Shown one piece after another: positions 52,559-62,163 of a stretch of 64,000 nucleotides of DNA. How positions within the stretch are numbered: the stretch's first letter is position 1; each line of letters starts with the position of its first letter. The position numbers and the translations under genes are program-made. Below the pieces are notes generated by a model. The model was given only the letters and a program-made list of their open reading frames with translations. It was not told where the DNA came from and made no database searches. Origin of the DNA: Candidatus Latescibacterota bacterium (GTDB lineage Bacteria > Latescibacterota > UBA2968); NCBI GenBank assembly GCA_965198115.1, contig OZ240241.1:2240001-2304000 (forward strand). Reading direction: 5' to 3'.

Positions 52559-52591
52559 CGAATCCTCCTTGAGTCCACTATCTTTGTCATA

Positions 52592-52644
52592 ATGTCAATT
52601 ACACTTTACATCTCTACGTTCAGTTTATCAAGTGTATTTTACAA
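52592..52644 (-). promoter_or_regulatory. Sigma70-type promoter overlapped by two palindromic operators
   Basis: Minus strand TTGATA(52631-52626)-17 bp-TAAAGT(52608-52603); ATGTCAA-N6-TTTACAT (52592-52611) and TTATCAA-N6-TTTACAA (52625-52644). Confidence 0.68.
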
Positions 52645-52755
52645 AAAGATTACTAAACGCGACTTTATCAGCTCATTTTGGTGTATGACGAGGCCACACA
52701 TTATATATACCAGCATTCGTGCTCAGATTGATCCCTACTCGGTGGCTGAGGAAAC

Positions 52756-53544
52756 ATGAAAACCCATTTCCTCGAACTGGACGAACAAGGCTATACGATC
52801 CTGAATGATCTGCTGTCCCCTGGGCAGGTTCACGAGGCCATTGACGCATTAAGAGAGAGCTACGTGGAGGAGCACGTCTCCGCCCACGAACCGGGCACCA
52901 AGCGAACCCACAACCTGACGGCACGGGCAGAGATCTTTCGAGAGATCATCCAGCTGCCAAAGCTCGTCGCTTGTATGGAGTATCTGCTGGGACCAGACTA
53001 CATCCTCTCAGACGTGGGCGCCCGTTCGCCCGTGCCCGGCATGGAGAAACAGACCCTGCACCGGGACGGCGGCCCCTTCGTGCCCAATCCACCCTACAAC
53101 GTGCACACGCTGCTTCCCATCTCCGCCCAGTCGATGATCGCATTGTCTGAATTCACACCGGAGAACGGTGCGACGCGTTTTGTCCCCGGATCGCATATCC
53201 GCGATATCGACGCCAACACCGTCCCACCCGAGGATGAAAGCCTTTTCGTCTGCGCCCCCGGCACTGCGCTGATCTTCGACAGCCGTCTGATCCACGGGGG
53301 CAGTGCGAACACCACGGACGAAATCCGCTACGCCATCCAGGGCTTCTGTTGCCGCGCCAACGTCAGACCGTTCTGCGATCACACAAGATCGATTCCGAAG
53401 CAGGTCGTCGAGCAAGCCACACCGTTGTTGCGTCGGCTCTGGGGTTTCGAAGTTCAGTCGGCCTGGGAAGAATCCCCGCGGGATTTCAAAATCGTCGAGG
53501 CGCCGGGTGCCAAACCCAGGTTCGACTACAACCGTGGTAGGTAA
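52756..53544 (+). CDS. PhyH-family Fe/2OG dioxygenase
   Basis: TLHRD, ENGATRFVPGSH, IHGGSAN. Confidence 0.92.
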   Translation: MKTHFLELDEQGYTILNDLLSPGQVHEAIDALRESYVEEHVSAHEPGTKRTHNLTARAEIFREIIQLPKLVACMEYLLGPDYILSDVGARSPVPGMEKQTLHRDGGPFVPNPPYNVHTLLPISAQSMIALSEFTPENGATRFVPGSHIRDIDANTVPPEDESLFVCAPGTALIFDSRLIHGGSANTTDEIRYAIQGFCCRANVRPFCDHTRSIPKQVVEQATPLLRRLWGFEVQSAWEESPRDFKIVEAPGAKPRFDYNRGR

Positions 53545-53750
53545 CCATCACGCCAATTGAAGGTGTCCCAACTGTGACCACGCCTGCTCTTCCTCACGCC
53601 CGAACAGCCTTTGTCGCCACCCTCATCTGGTTTGCCTGTGTATCAGCAGGATGCACCGAGTTCAGTCATGGAGAGGGACGAATCGGCCGGGTTCAACGGG
53701 AGCCTTGAAGTCGTGAGGGCGCGCAATGATATTCACGGGCCGCTAATTTC

Positions 53751-54581
53751 ATGGTGAGTTCTCAACACGCCGAACCACAGAAACCCGAGTACGCCGCCGA
53801 CCTGTTCGCGGGAACGGCGCGCTACTATGCCGCCTACCGCGTTGCGTATCCGAAGCCTCTGCTCGACGACCTGCGGAAAAGGGCGCGCCTAACAGGCAAA
53901 GGTCGGCTTCTCGACCTGGCGTGTGGTCCAAGACGGGTTGCGCTTCCTCTGGCGACGCATTTTGCTGACGTTCTGGCGATCGACCAGGAACCCGAGATGA
54001 TCGAGGTGGCAGGGGAAGAAGCCGAAAGACTCGGGGCGGAGAACATCCAATGGCAGGTCGCAAGAGCTGAGAACCTCGACCTACCGAGCGCAACCGTCGA
54101 GCTGATCACCATCGGCGAAGCGTTTCATAGACTGGACCAGCGCCTGATACTCCAGCTTTCCCTCGACTGGCTGTCGCCCGGAGCGTGTCTGGTAACGCTC
54201 GGCTGCAATGGGATCCGGAGGGGTTTGGAGCCCTGGCAGGATATCCTGCGCGGGGTCTATCAGACGTGGACCGGCCGTGAATCGAACCCCAGAACGTCGA
54301 CCCTTGACAGCACACGGACAGCCGAACACAGCGCACGGGTGTTAGAAGGGGCTGGATTCGTAAACGTTCAGAACCATCCTTTCTGGGATTCCCACGTATG
54401 GACGCTGGAGTCCATCATCGGAAATCTGTATTCCGCTTCGGGGAACCTCAAGGCAACGTTAGGGGAAAGATCTGAGGGATTCGAGGCCGATCTGAAACGC
54501 CAGCTCCTGGAGTATGATTCGAGTGGCCGGTACCCAGAAAAGTTGGGCTTCGGCTACACGCTTGGAAGAAAACCGGATTGA
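53751..54581 (+). CDS. Class I SAM-dependent methyltransferase
   Basis: LLDLACGP, AIDQEPEMI, IGEAFH. Confidence 0.88.
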   Translation: MVSSQHAEPQKPEYAADLFAGTARYYAAYRVAYPKPLLDDLRKRARLTGKGRLLDLACGPRRVALPLATHFADVLAIDQEPEMIEVAGEEAERLGAENIQWQVARAENLDLPSATVELITIGEAFHRLDQRLILQLSLDWLSPGACLVTLGCNGIRRGLEPWQDILRGVYQTWTGRESNPRTSTLDSTRTAEHSARVLEGAGFVNVQNHPFWDSHVWTLESIIGNLYSASGNLKATLGERSEGFEADLKRQLLEYDSSGRYPEKLGFGYTLGRKPD

Positions 54582-54597
54582 GGGAGGCAAACTGCCT

Positions 54598-55476
54598 TTG
54601 GGACTGACGAAAACCATCGACAAACACATCTTCCATCTCAAAACGGAAGGCTGGTGCCTGGTCGAAAACGTGATCCCAGCGGATCGTGTCGATGCCATCC
54701 GCGATCACGTGATCGCCGGCCACGATCGGGCAATCGCCGAATACGAAGCCTGGGGCGGTTCGCTCGGTTTTCAGAATGGCCCAAACGGCGAACCTGGCAA
54801 GAACGTTGTCCACTATGTACCGACACTCGGCGCCTACTTCGGCGATAAGCGGGTCGTCGGCATCGCCCAGGCCATCCTCGACCCTCACGTTCGCATCTCG
54901 CAAACCGAATTCAAAACCCGTCAACCGAACGACGTCAATCCAGCCTACCGCAGCTGGCACACCGACTTCCCACACGACCTGACTGATCGCGAACGCGCCG
55001 GCGCCGTCCTCATGCCGTTCCCGAGCGTCACGATGGGGTTGACCACCCTGTGGATCCTGGACCCTTTCGACGCTGACAGTGGCGGGACCTGGGTCGTGCC
55101 ACGCAGTCACCTGGATCTGCGTAACCCCCGCAGCCACCTCGATCCGCGCAATCCGCCTGAGCTGCACGACAACATCCCCATAGACAAACCGATTCCCGGC
55201 GAGATTCAGCTGTCCGGCTCGGCGGGCAGTGTGGTCATCATCGACAGTCGTGTATGGCACTCGAACGCCGCCAATCCCAGTCCCGAGCCCCGAGTCACTG
55301 TGCTTGCCCGCTACTCGCCCTGGTGGCTCAGCCTCGAGTTCGGCGGTCGAAACCACGCCATCGTCCCGCGCGAGACGTACGAAGCCATGCCCGACGAGGT
55401 CAAGCTCCTCTACCGTCACCGTGCCGAGGGACAGTTCGACCCCATCCGGATGGACCACTCATTTAGGCCTCACTAG
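54598..55476 (+). CDS. PhyH-family Fe/2OG dioxygenase
   Basis: SWHTD, GGTWVVPRSH, WHSNAAN; probable TTG start after GGGAGG. Confidence 0.9.
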   Translation: MGLTKTIDKHIFHLKTEGWCLVENVIPADRVDAIRDHVIAGHDRAIAEYEAWGGSLGFQNGPNGEPGKNVVHYVPTLGAYFGDKRVVGIAQAILDPHVRISQTEFKTRQPNDVNPAYRSWHTDFPHDLTDRERAGAVLMPFPSVTMGLTTLWILDPFDADSGGTWVVPRSHLDLRNPRSHLDPRNPPELHDNIPIDKPIPGEIQLSGSAGSVVIIDSRVWHSNAANPSPEPRVTVLARYSPWWLSLEFGGRNHAIVPRETYEAMPDEVKLLYRHRAEGQFDPIRMDHSFRPH

Positions 55477-55478
55477 CC

Positions 55479-55590
55479 GCGTCCCTGTGCTCAGCACAGG
55501 GACGAGTTGCACTTTCTATCATAGCAACTGTCGCGTCGCTCGTCCTCGTGCCTGTCCTGAGCGAAGTCGAAGGGCTTTGCACGAGGACGC
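55479..55590. repeat. Inverted REP-like doublet, one arm carrying a micro-insert
   Basis: CGTCCCTGTGC-TCA-GCACAGGGACG (55480-55504) and CGTCCTCGTGC-[CTGTCCTGAGCGAAGTCGAAGG-GC]-TTT-GCACGAGGACG (55541-55589). Confidence 0.8.
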
Positions 55591-55612
55591 TGTTCCATCG
55601 ATCGAAGTGGAC

Positions 55613-57913
55613 ATGCAAACGCATACTGAAACCATCACCGCCTCCGACGGCACTTACACGATCCACGTAGGTGGCACGCTGGACGGTGTGAACACGCGTG
55701 ACCCCGTGGGCGGCTCACCCTACGAGCAGACCTACGAACCCAATCGCTACGTGCGTATCGAAAACGTCGGCGACACGGAGGTTGTCAACCCGTGGATCGT
55801 CGTGAACGGGAAGCGCGACTGGCGTTCGCTCGACCACATTCTCGCCGAGATCCTCACCGACGACACGATGGACGCCGAGAAAGCGCGTGCCATCTGGGAG
55901 TTCGCACGCAAGCACCGCTATCACTTCACCTGCGCCACCGATGAAGTCAAAGACACAGTCAAAATGCTCAACGTGTATGGCTACACCCTCTGTTGGGACG
56001 AGGCCTATACCGTTTCCAACCTCTGGCAGTCGGCTGGCCTGAAGGTTCGTCGTGGTTATCCACACGGCCACTGCACCACCGAGGTCTACTACGACGGGGC
56101 CTACCATCTTCTCGACAGCGACGAGCATCTCCTCTACCTGCTTCGCGACAATAAAACGATCGCTTCAGAGGCCGATCTGGCCCGTGATCGGGATCTCGTC
56201 AAACGGGGCCACGCCTACGGCGTCCTCCAGCACGAGAACATGGACAACGCCGAAGGCACCGCCGCCCTCTTCTTCTTCGACGGCCCACGCACGGGCGGTA
56301 GACCGCTGATCGGCAGTCATACGATGGACGTCACGCTCCGTCCGGGCGAAGCGCTCCTTTGGGAATGGGAGGATCGCGGGAAGTATCACGGCTACTGGGA
56401 TCGACCGAAGCTGCTCCGCAACGGGAGGATGCAATACGAACCCGATCTCTCAACGTTTGATCGGTGGGCTGATCGATCAGAAGGATGGGAAGGCACCGCG
56501 AATGGACTTCACCCCGAGGGCGGGGAAGTCACTCTCGAACTGACCGTTCGGAGCCCCTACGCCATCGTCGGAGGAAAGGTGGACCTGGCACTCCAGCGCG
56601 GTCCCAAAGACGAATTCCGCCTCAGTGTCTCGCGCAATGGCGAGGACTGGCACCCGCTCGAGGTTCCGGAGGATCAGCACCTCCAGACTTCCATCGACCT
56701 CGATGGCGTCCTTCGCCCCGATGCTCAAGCCTGCTACGCGTATACGATCCGACTGGAATCGACTGCGACCGATCTCCTGATCACGAAGCTCGCCCTCGAA
56801 ACCGATCTTCAGATGGCCCCGCTCGCCTTGCCCGCACTCGAAATGGGAGAAAACGAAGTCCGTTACACCTCGGAGTCGGGCGGCCAGGTTCGAATCACAC
56901 ACGCGTGGGAAGAGAAGGAGGCTTCGCCGGCGCCGGTTCCACCCTCGTCACCGTGTTTCCCGTTGAACGAAAGCGCTGTCCCCGGCACGAAGATCACTTT
57001 TTCCTGGCCAGCCGTCGAAAGCGCCACCGACTACCTTTTCGAGCTCAGCGACCGCGCTGACATGCGGTATGCGCTCTCCCCCGTCTTCGAAAAGCTCGTC
57101 TCGCTTACCCCCTCGAAGGGCAAGACCGAGTGGACGATTCCCTTCGAAGGACTCCTCAACCCGGGCCAGATCTACTACTGGCACGTTCGACCTCGAAGCG
57201 CGGGTGGACTCTGGGGAGCGTGGAGTCTCATCTGGTCTTTCACCCCAGACGCGCCGGACGTCCCTCTCGACGTCCACATCGTCCCCGATTGGGATGACCG
57301 CACACTCACGCTCAACTGGTCACCGAATGCTGACGGGAACGTTCCCGTTCACTACGAAATTCACGGCAGCGACGAGCGCGGGTTCACGGCCAGTCGCGAA
57401 CCCTACAGTGCGATGATCGCCAACGACGAGCGTGAAACACGCCCGCCCAATCTCATCGCGACTACGGATCAGACGTCTGTTCAGGTGGGTGGTCCATCCG
57501 TAACGTCCGGGAACTGTGCGTTCTATCGTGTCGTGGCCGTCGACAAGGATGGCAACCGCAGCGGTCCGTCAGACTTCGCGGAGGCACCACGCCCGATGAT
57601 CGTCTCGGTGCCGGCACCGACGGCAACGGCCGGCGAAACGTACGCGTATCAGATCCAGGCGATCACAGCCCTCGGCGAACTGCGAGCAGAACGTATAGAG
57701 AACCAGAACTATGTACGCGAAATCCGAGAGGCGGACGCGCCGCGATACTTGATCGACGAAGGCCCATACTGGACCTCGATCGATGAGGAAACAGGCGTGT
57801 TCACCGCATGCCCGGAGCCGAAACACCTCGGTTTCCATACGATCACTGTTCGCATCCAGAATGGTCAGGGCCGCTTCGATATGCAGGGGTTTGATCTAGA
57901 GGTAACAGAATAA
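55613..57913 (+). CDS. Hypothetical multidomain protein: transglutaminase-like core + Fn3-like + C-terminal Ig/cadherin-like domain
   Basis: EKARAIWEF, GYTLCWDEA, GHCTTEVYYDGAYHLLD; Fn3-like YYWHVRP and FYRVVAVD..GNRSGPS. Confidence 0.6.
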   Translation: MQTHTETITASDGTYTIHVGGTLDGVNTRDPVGGSPYEQTYEPNRYVRIENVGDTEVVNPWIVVNGKRDWRSLDHILAEILTDDTMDAEKARAIWEFARKHRYHFTCATDEVKDTVKMLNVYGYTLCWDEAYTVSNLWQSAGLKVRRGYPHGHCTTEVYYDGAYHLLDSDEHLLYLLRDNKTIASEADLARDRDLVKRGHAYGVLQHENMDNAEGTAALFFFDGPRTGGRPLIGSHTMDVTLRPGEALLWEWEDRGKYHGYWDRPKLLRNGRMQYEPDLSTFDRWADRSEGWEGTANGLHPEGGEVTLELTVRSPYAIVGGKVDLALQRGPKDEFRLSVSRNGEDWHPLEVPEDQHLQTSIDLDGVLRPDAQACYAYTIRLESTATDLLITKLALETDLQMAPLALPALEMGENEVRYTSESGGQVRITHAWEEKEASPAPVPPSSPCFPLNESAVPGTKITFSWPAVESATDYLFELSDRADMRYALSPVFEKLVSLTPSKGKTEWTIPFEGLLNPGQIYYWHVRPRSAGGLWGAWSLIWSFTPDAPDVPLDVHIVPDWDDRTLTLNWSPNADGNVPVHYEIHGSDERGFTASREPYSAMIANDERETRPPNLIATTDQTSVQVGGPSVTSGNCAFYRVVAVDKDGNRSGPSDFAEAPRPMIVSVPAPTATAGETYAYQIQAITALGELRAERIENQNYVREIREADAPRYLIDEGPYWTSIDEETGVFTACPEPKHLGFHTITVRIQNGQGRFDMQGFDLEVTE

Positions 57914-58025
57914 GGATAGGACCCTGGACCCTCTGGCGAAGCTCGTTGGTCAGAGCCGCAAGCCATGGCATGAAAGTCGTTTCGCCGACATTGGCTTTAG
58001 CCGCCATCAGGTTGGGCCGCACTAA

Positions 58026-58568
58026 ATGAAAGAAGCCACCACAACAGAAGTGCGCATCGCCCCTCCCGAACAGAAACCCTTCCTGCTCAACCTGATCCCC
58101 TACTACATCTACGACATGTCCGAATACATGGGATGGGATCCCAACAGGAAGGGGCAGTTTGGCGGCTGCGACGAATTCATACAGTCCTGGGGAAAACCCG
58201 GGCAGGTTCCCTACTTCATTTACGAAAAGGACAAGGTAGCTGGCTTCGCCGGGGTCCACCCCTGTCCAGACGAACCGGAGCGGTCCGAGATCCAGGAGTT
58301 CTTCATCCTCAGAAGACACAAACGTCAGGGCGTGGGCACGAGCGCGGCCTGCCTGCTGTTCGATCGACATCCCGGACCCTGGCTTGTCCGAGTGATGGAT
58401 GAAAACGAGGGAGCCTGCCGGTTCTGGTCCAGGGTCATCGACGACTACACGGGCGGCACCTTTCAGCAGACCTCTCAGCAATATGTTTCCGAGCACTCAG
58501 GCACCTGGCCAATGCAGTATTATCGATTTGAGAGTATGAGCTATGGCAGCACCGTCGAACGAAAATGA
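58026..58568 (+). CDS. GNAT acetyltransferase
   Basis: EFFILRRHKRQGVG, NEGACRFW. Confidence 0.88.
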   Translation: MKEATTTEVRIAPPEQKPFLLNLIPYYIYDMSEYMGWDPNRKGQFGGCDEFIQSWGKPGQVPYFIYEKDKVAGFAGVHPCPDEPERSEIQEFFILRRHKRQGVGTSAACLLFDRHPGPWLVRVMDENEGACRFWSRVIDDYTGGTFQQTSQQYVSEHSGTWPMQYYRFESMSYGSTVERK

Positions 58569-59073
58569 TCGCCGATTGAGCCCCACCGACATCGCCATCG
58601 AAGAGGTGGATTCCGATCACCCGGATTGGCGAGAGTTGGTCCAGGTCATCGATGAAGAAAACCAGACCCACTGGGCATTCGAGAAGCACTTCGAACCGTT
58701 TGCGCGTCACTTCGTAGCGGCTAAATTGAATGACCGGATCGTCGGGTTCCTGATGTTCGTCGTCTGGGACATTGGCCCTCACGACCGGGGCTACGCTACA
58801 CTCAAATTCGGTGGCAAAACCCTGACGGAGGCCAAAATCATCGCCTTTGGGGTAAGAAAGGACCATCGTCGCCGCGGCATCGGCCGCGCGCTTCAGGAGT
58901 ACGTGCTGAATCGCGCTCGAGAACTGGGCTGTTACCAGGTGCGGTCGGTTAGTGGCAATGACCATCCCGAGAACCGTAACCTCAAACTCTCGATGGGCTT
59001 TGCCGTCGAACCCATGGAGCGTGACGAACCTAGTCTCGCCTTCGTCATGCCGCTGAGGTCAGACCTGTCCTGA
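58543..59073 (+). CDS. GNAT acetyltransferase
   Basis: FGVRKDHRRRGIGRAL, SMGF. Confidence 0.86.
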   Translation: MAAPSNENDRRLSPTDIAIEEVDSDHPDWRELVQVIDEENQTHWAFEKHFEPFARHFVAAKLNDRIVGFLMFVVWDIGPHDRGYATLKFGGKTLTEAKIIAFGVRKDHRRRGIGRALQEYVLNRARELGCYQVRSVSGNDHPENRNLKLSMGFAVEPMERDEPSLAFVMPLRSDLS

Positions 59074-59236
59074 TTGATTCAGGAGCTTCCAGTGAACATC
59101 AACCCGATCGATTTCGTCGTCTCGCAATTCGAAGACGCGAAGAAGCCCTTCATTTCAACAGGGACGTTCTCGGCACCGAGGCTAACCTGATCAACGACCA
59201 ATACGTCAGCGGCGATGGCCCGCGCTCAAGTCCGTC

Positions 59237-59743
59237 GTGAACACTTTCACCACCCGGAAGGTGACCGAGGCCGATCTGCCCGTCTTGAAAAGGGACACCG
59301 GCAGAGACGAGTCCAAACGCCTCAAACCCGATGGGAAGTCTTACCACCCTGAAAACTGCGTCATGGTCGTCGAAGAGGACGGCAAGATTATCGGATGCAC
59401 TGCCGTCCTCTTCACTCGCCCACACGGTTGGGGGGAAGGCGATCGGGATCATCTCTATCCCGAAATACGCGCTCTCGCCATTAACGATGAGCATCGCAAC
59501 AAAGGAGCGGGGACGCATCTGATCAACGCTGTAGAAGAAGAAGCGAGGTCACGTGGCTGCAAGCATCTTCACCTGAGTGTCAACCCCACGGAAAACCCCG
59601 GTGCATACCGGCTCTACCAACGCCTCGGATACAGAACGATCTCAGAGGAGGCACACCGACACTCCTGGACGTATACGGACGAAGAGGGAGTTACCCACGA
59701 AGTCGTGGAGTGGGTCATCGACACAGTTAAGGATCTGACTTGA
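59237..59743 (+). CDS. GNAT acetyltransferase
   Basis: LAINDEHRNKGAG, NPGAYRLYQRLGY. Confidence 0.88.
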   Translation: MNTFTTRKVTEADLPVLKRDTGRDESKRLKPDGKSYHPENCVMVVEEDGKIIGCTAVLFTRPHGWGEGDRDHLYPEIRALAINDEHRNKGAGTHLINAVEEEARSRGCKHLHLSVNPTENPGAYRLYQRLGYRTISEEAHRHSWTYTDEEGVTHEVVEWVIDTVKDLT

Positions 59744-59744
59744 A

Positions 59745-60982
59745 ATGATCAACCGTACCCGCACACTCGACTATCTGAAGCAGTGTGAGTTGGACGCCCT
59801 GGTGGCGACATCGCCGGTCAGCATCACTTACTTCACCGGCTTCTATTCGTGGCTTGGTGGACAGTTCAAAGAATTCATGGTCAAACCGGGTGGGAGCGGT
59901 AGCCTGCTGCCCTCCTTCGGGCTGTTTTCTGCCAACGGCGAATCTGCTCTGGCCGTCGAAGCGACCTGGGCTTGCAATACCGGAGATCTTCGAATCGAGG
60001 AGGTGCGCTTCTTCGGTGGAGGCATGCTCGACCACTCCGTGCCGCCGGCAGCGCTAGCGGAACCGCAGCAAAAACTCCATGAATCGATGATCGCCTCTCC
60101 TTACGCGGCGTCAGCCATCGACGCACTCGTCGATCTCTTGTCTGCAAGAGGTCTCACCGACGGTTCCATCGGCATCGAGCTCGACGGGCTGCCCGCACCG
60201 ACTCGGAAAGCCGTCGAGGAAGCGTTACCGAAGGTTCGGTGGAAGGATTGCTCGAATCTGATCCGTTTGATCCGAATGGTGAAAACAGAAGAGGAAATCG
60301 AGCACCTGAAGTCGGCGACGGAAATTGCGGAGAAAGCTGCGTTCGCGTGTCTGGCTGAGGCGGGGCCGGGCCATTCTGTGCTCGAAATGCGGCGGCATTT
60401 CCAGACGGAGCTGGCTACGCGAGGGGCTGAACCCGATCACTTCGCCTATTCCGTCAAGGGAATGGGCATCGCCACGGAAGCCGACTACCGACTCGAGGCA
60501 GAGGACGTGCTCTACGTCGATTACGGCTGCGTCCACGGCTATTGCTGCTCGGACAGCGGATTGACACTCGCGCTCACACCGTTGACCGATGAATTCAGCA
60601 GCAGCTATGATGCATTGTATGCGTGCATTCGGGCGGGGTGCGAGGCGATGCGGCCAGGCGCAAGGGCGTCATCCGTCTCGAAAGCGATGTGGGATGTGCT
60701 GCACGCACGAGGAGTAGAAGTTTCTTTTCCCCACGGTCACGGAATCGGCTTAGAAGTGGCGATTATCCGATCCTGGTCGCCGACACGGGTTTGAGGATCC
60801 ACGACGATTGCGTCGATGAACCCGCCGACCTGCCACTCGAAGAAAACATGGTCCTCAACCTCGAAGCCCCGATCTTCATCCCCGGCACGGCCTCCCTACA
60901 CATCGAACAGACCTTCCTCGTCGGCTCCAATGGTGCGACCCTTCTGGCGCCACAGGAATGCAGGAGACCCTTCGTGCCGTAG
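59745..60982 (+). pseudogene. M24 Xaa-Pro peptidase-family protein, frameshifted near 60758
   Basis: IRMVKTEEEI, VDYG...CSD, HGHGIGLEV then DYP...VLNLEAP...HIEQT in a shifted frame. Confidence 0.82.
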
Positions 60983-61032
60983 AGACTCACTCTGTACTGC
61001 AATGATTCAGGATCTTTGAATCAGTTGTTGGG

Positions 61033-61064
61033 AATCGAGGATCTGGGCACCCAGATCCTCGATT
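61033..61064. repeat. Perfect 15-bp inverted repeat between convergent genes
   Basis: AATCGAGGATCTGGG-CA-CCCAGATCCTCGATT. Confidence 0.8.
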
Positions 61065-61128
61065 GTGCGCCGAGGGGGATGCTACTCAGATCTACGTTAC
61101 AGCGGCGCACCTGATCCCACGCCAGCAG

Positions 61129-61203
61129 ACCCGGGGCTTTCACGCCTTCGCAGAGCTTCGGCGGCTGGCGCCCCGGGCTAAGATCTGCCGCCCTTACAGG
61201 GCG
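61129..61203. repeat. REP-like element with an internal second hairpin
   Basis: CCCGGGGC...GCCCCGGG arms enclosing CGCCTTCGCAGAGCTTCGGCG, followed by GCCCTTACAGGGC. Confidence 0.55.
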
Positions 61204-62163
61204 GAAAACTCTCTAAACCTCTGCGCGTGTTGAGGGCTTTTGGTTCGGCCCTGGCCACTCAGTGTTCTCAGTGGCGCCTTTCATGCTCTGACGAGGTCTT
61301 CAAGCACGTCCACAATCTCATCCACCTGAGGCACGACGGCCGCTTCCAGCGAGGGACTATAGGGCGTCGGTGTGTGCAGTCCGCTGAGTCGGCGAATCGG
61401 AGCCTTCAGGGCATCGAATCCATCGTCGACGACCTGCGCGGCGATCTCCGCACCGACGCCACAAGGACTGAACGCTTCGTCTACGATTGCCAGTCTCCCC
61501 GTTTTCCCGACCGACTCGAGGATCGTCTTCGTATCCAAAGGCGCCAGTGTGCGGGGATCGATCACCTCGATCGAAACACCCGATTCGGCCAGAGTCTCCC
61601 CTGCCTCCATCGCCCGGTCCACCATCGCACCTACCGCGACCACCGTCGCGTCCGTGCCTGGCCGTGCGATTCGCGCTTCGCCGAATGGAATCCCGTAGTC
61701 TCCCTCCGGCACCGGCCCCTTCTTCGAAATCAGCGATCGGTGCTCGAGGAAGAAGACTGGATCGTCGCTGTGTAGCGCGGTCGTGAACAGCCCCTTCGCA
61801 TCTGCCGGCGTCGTCGGCACGACGATCCTGAACCCGGGCAGGTTCATGAACGTGGCAAAGTAGTTTCCCGAATGGTGCGTCGCCGCTGAACCCCCGATTC
61901 CGATGCAGCCACGGAACAGAACGGGCATCTTCACCCGTCCGCTGCTCATGTATTGGATCTTGGCGATCTGATTCGCCATCTCGCCCATCGCGTCCAGCAG
62001 GAAGTCCAGAACCATGAAATCGACGGTCGGTCGTGACCCCGTCATCGCCGCGCCCGTACACATTCCCACAAACCCACGTTCGCAGATCGGTGTATCCCTT
62101 AACCGTTCGGGTCCGAATCGATCTGTAAAGCCCGCGGTTGTCTGGACACTCGGGTGAGTGTAT

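Noticed and set aside
58026-59743. GNAT cluster as an integron cassette array or toxin-antitoxin locus
   Set aside because: No attC-like repeats, integrase or antitoxin genes; the first two GNATs overlap like an ordinary operon.
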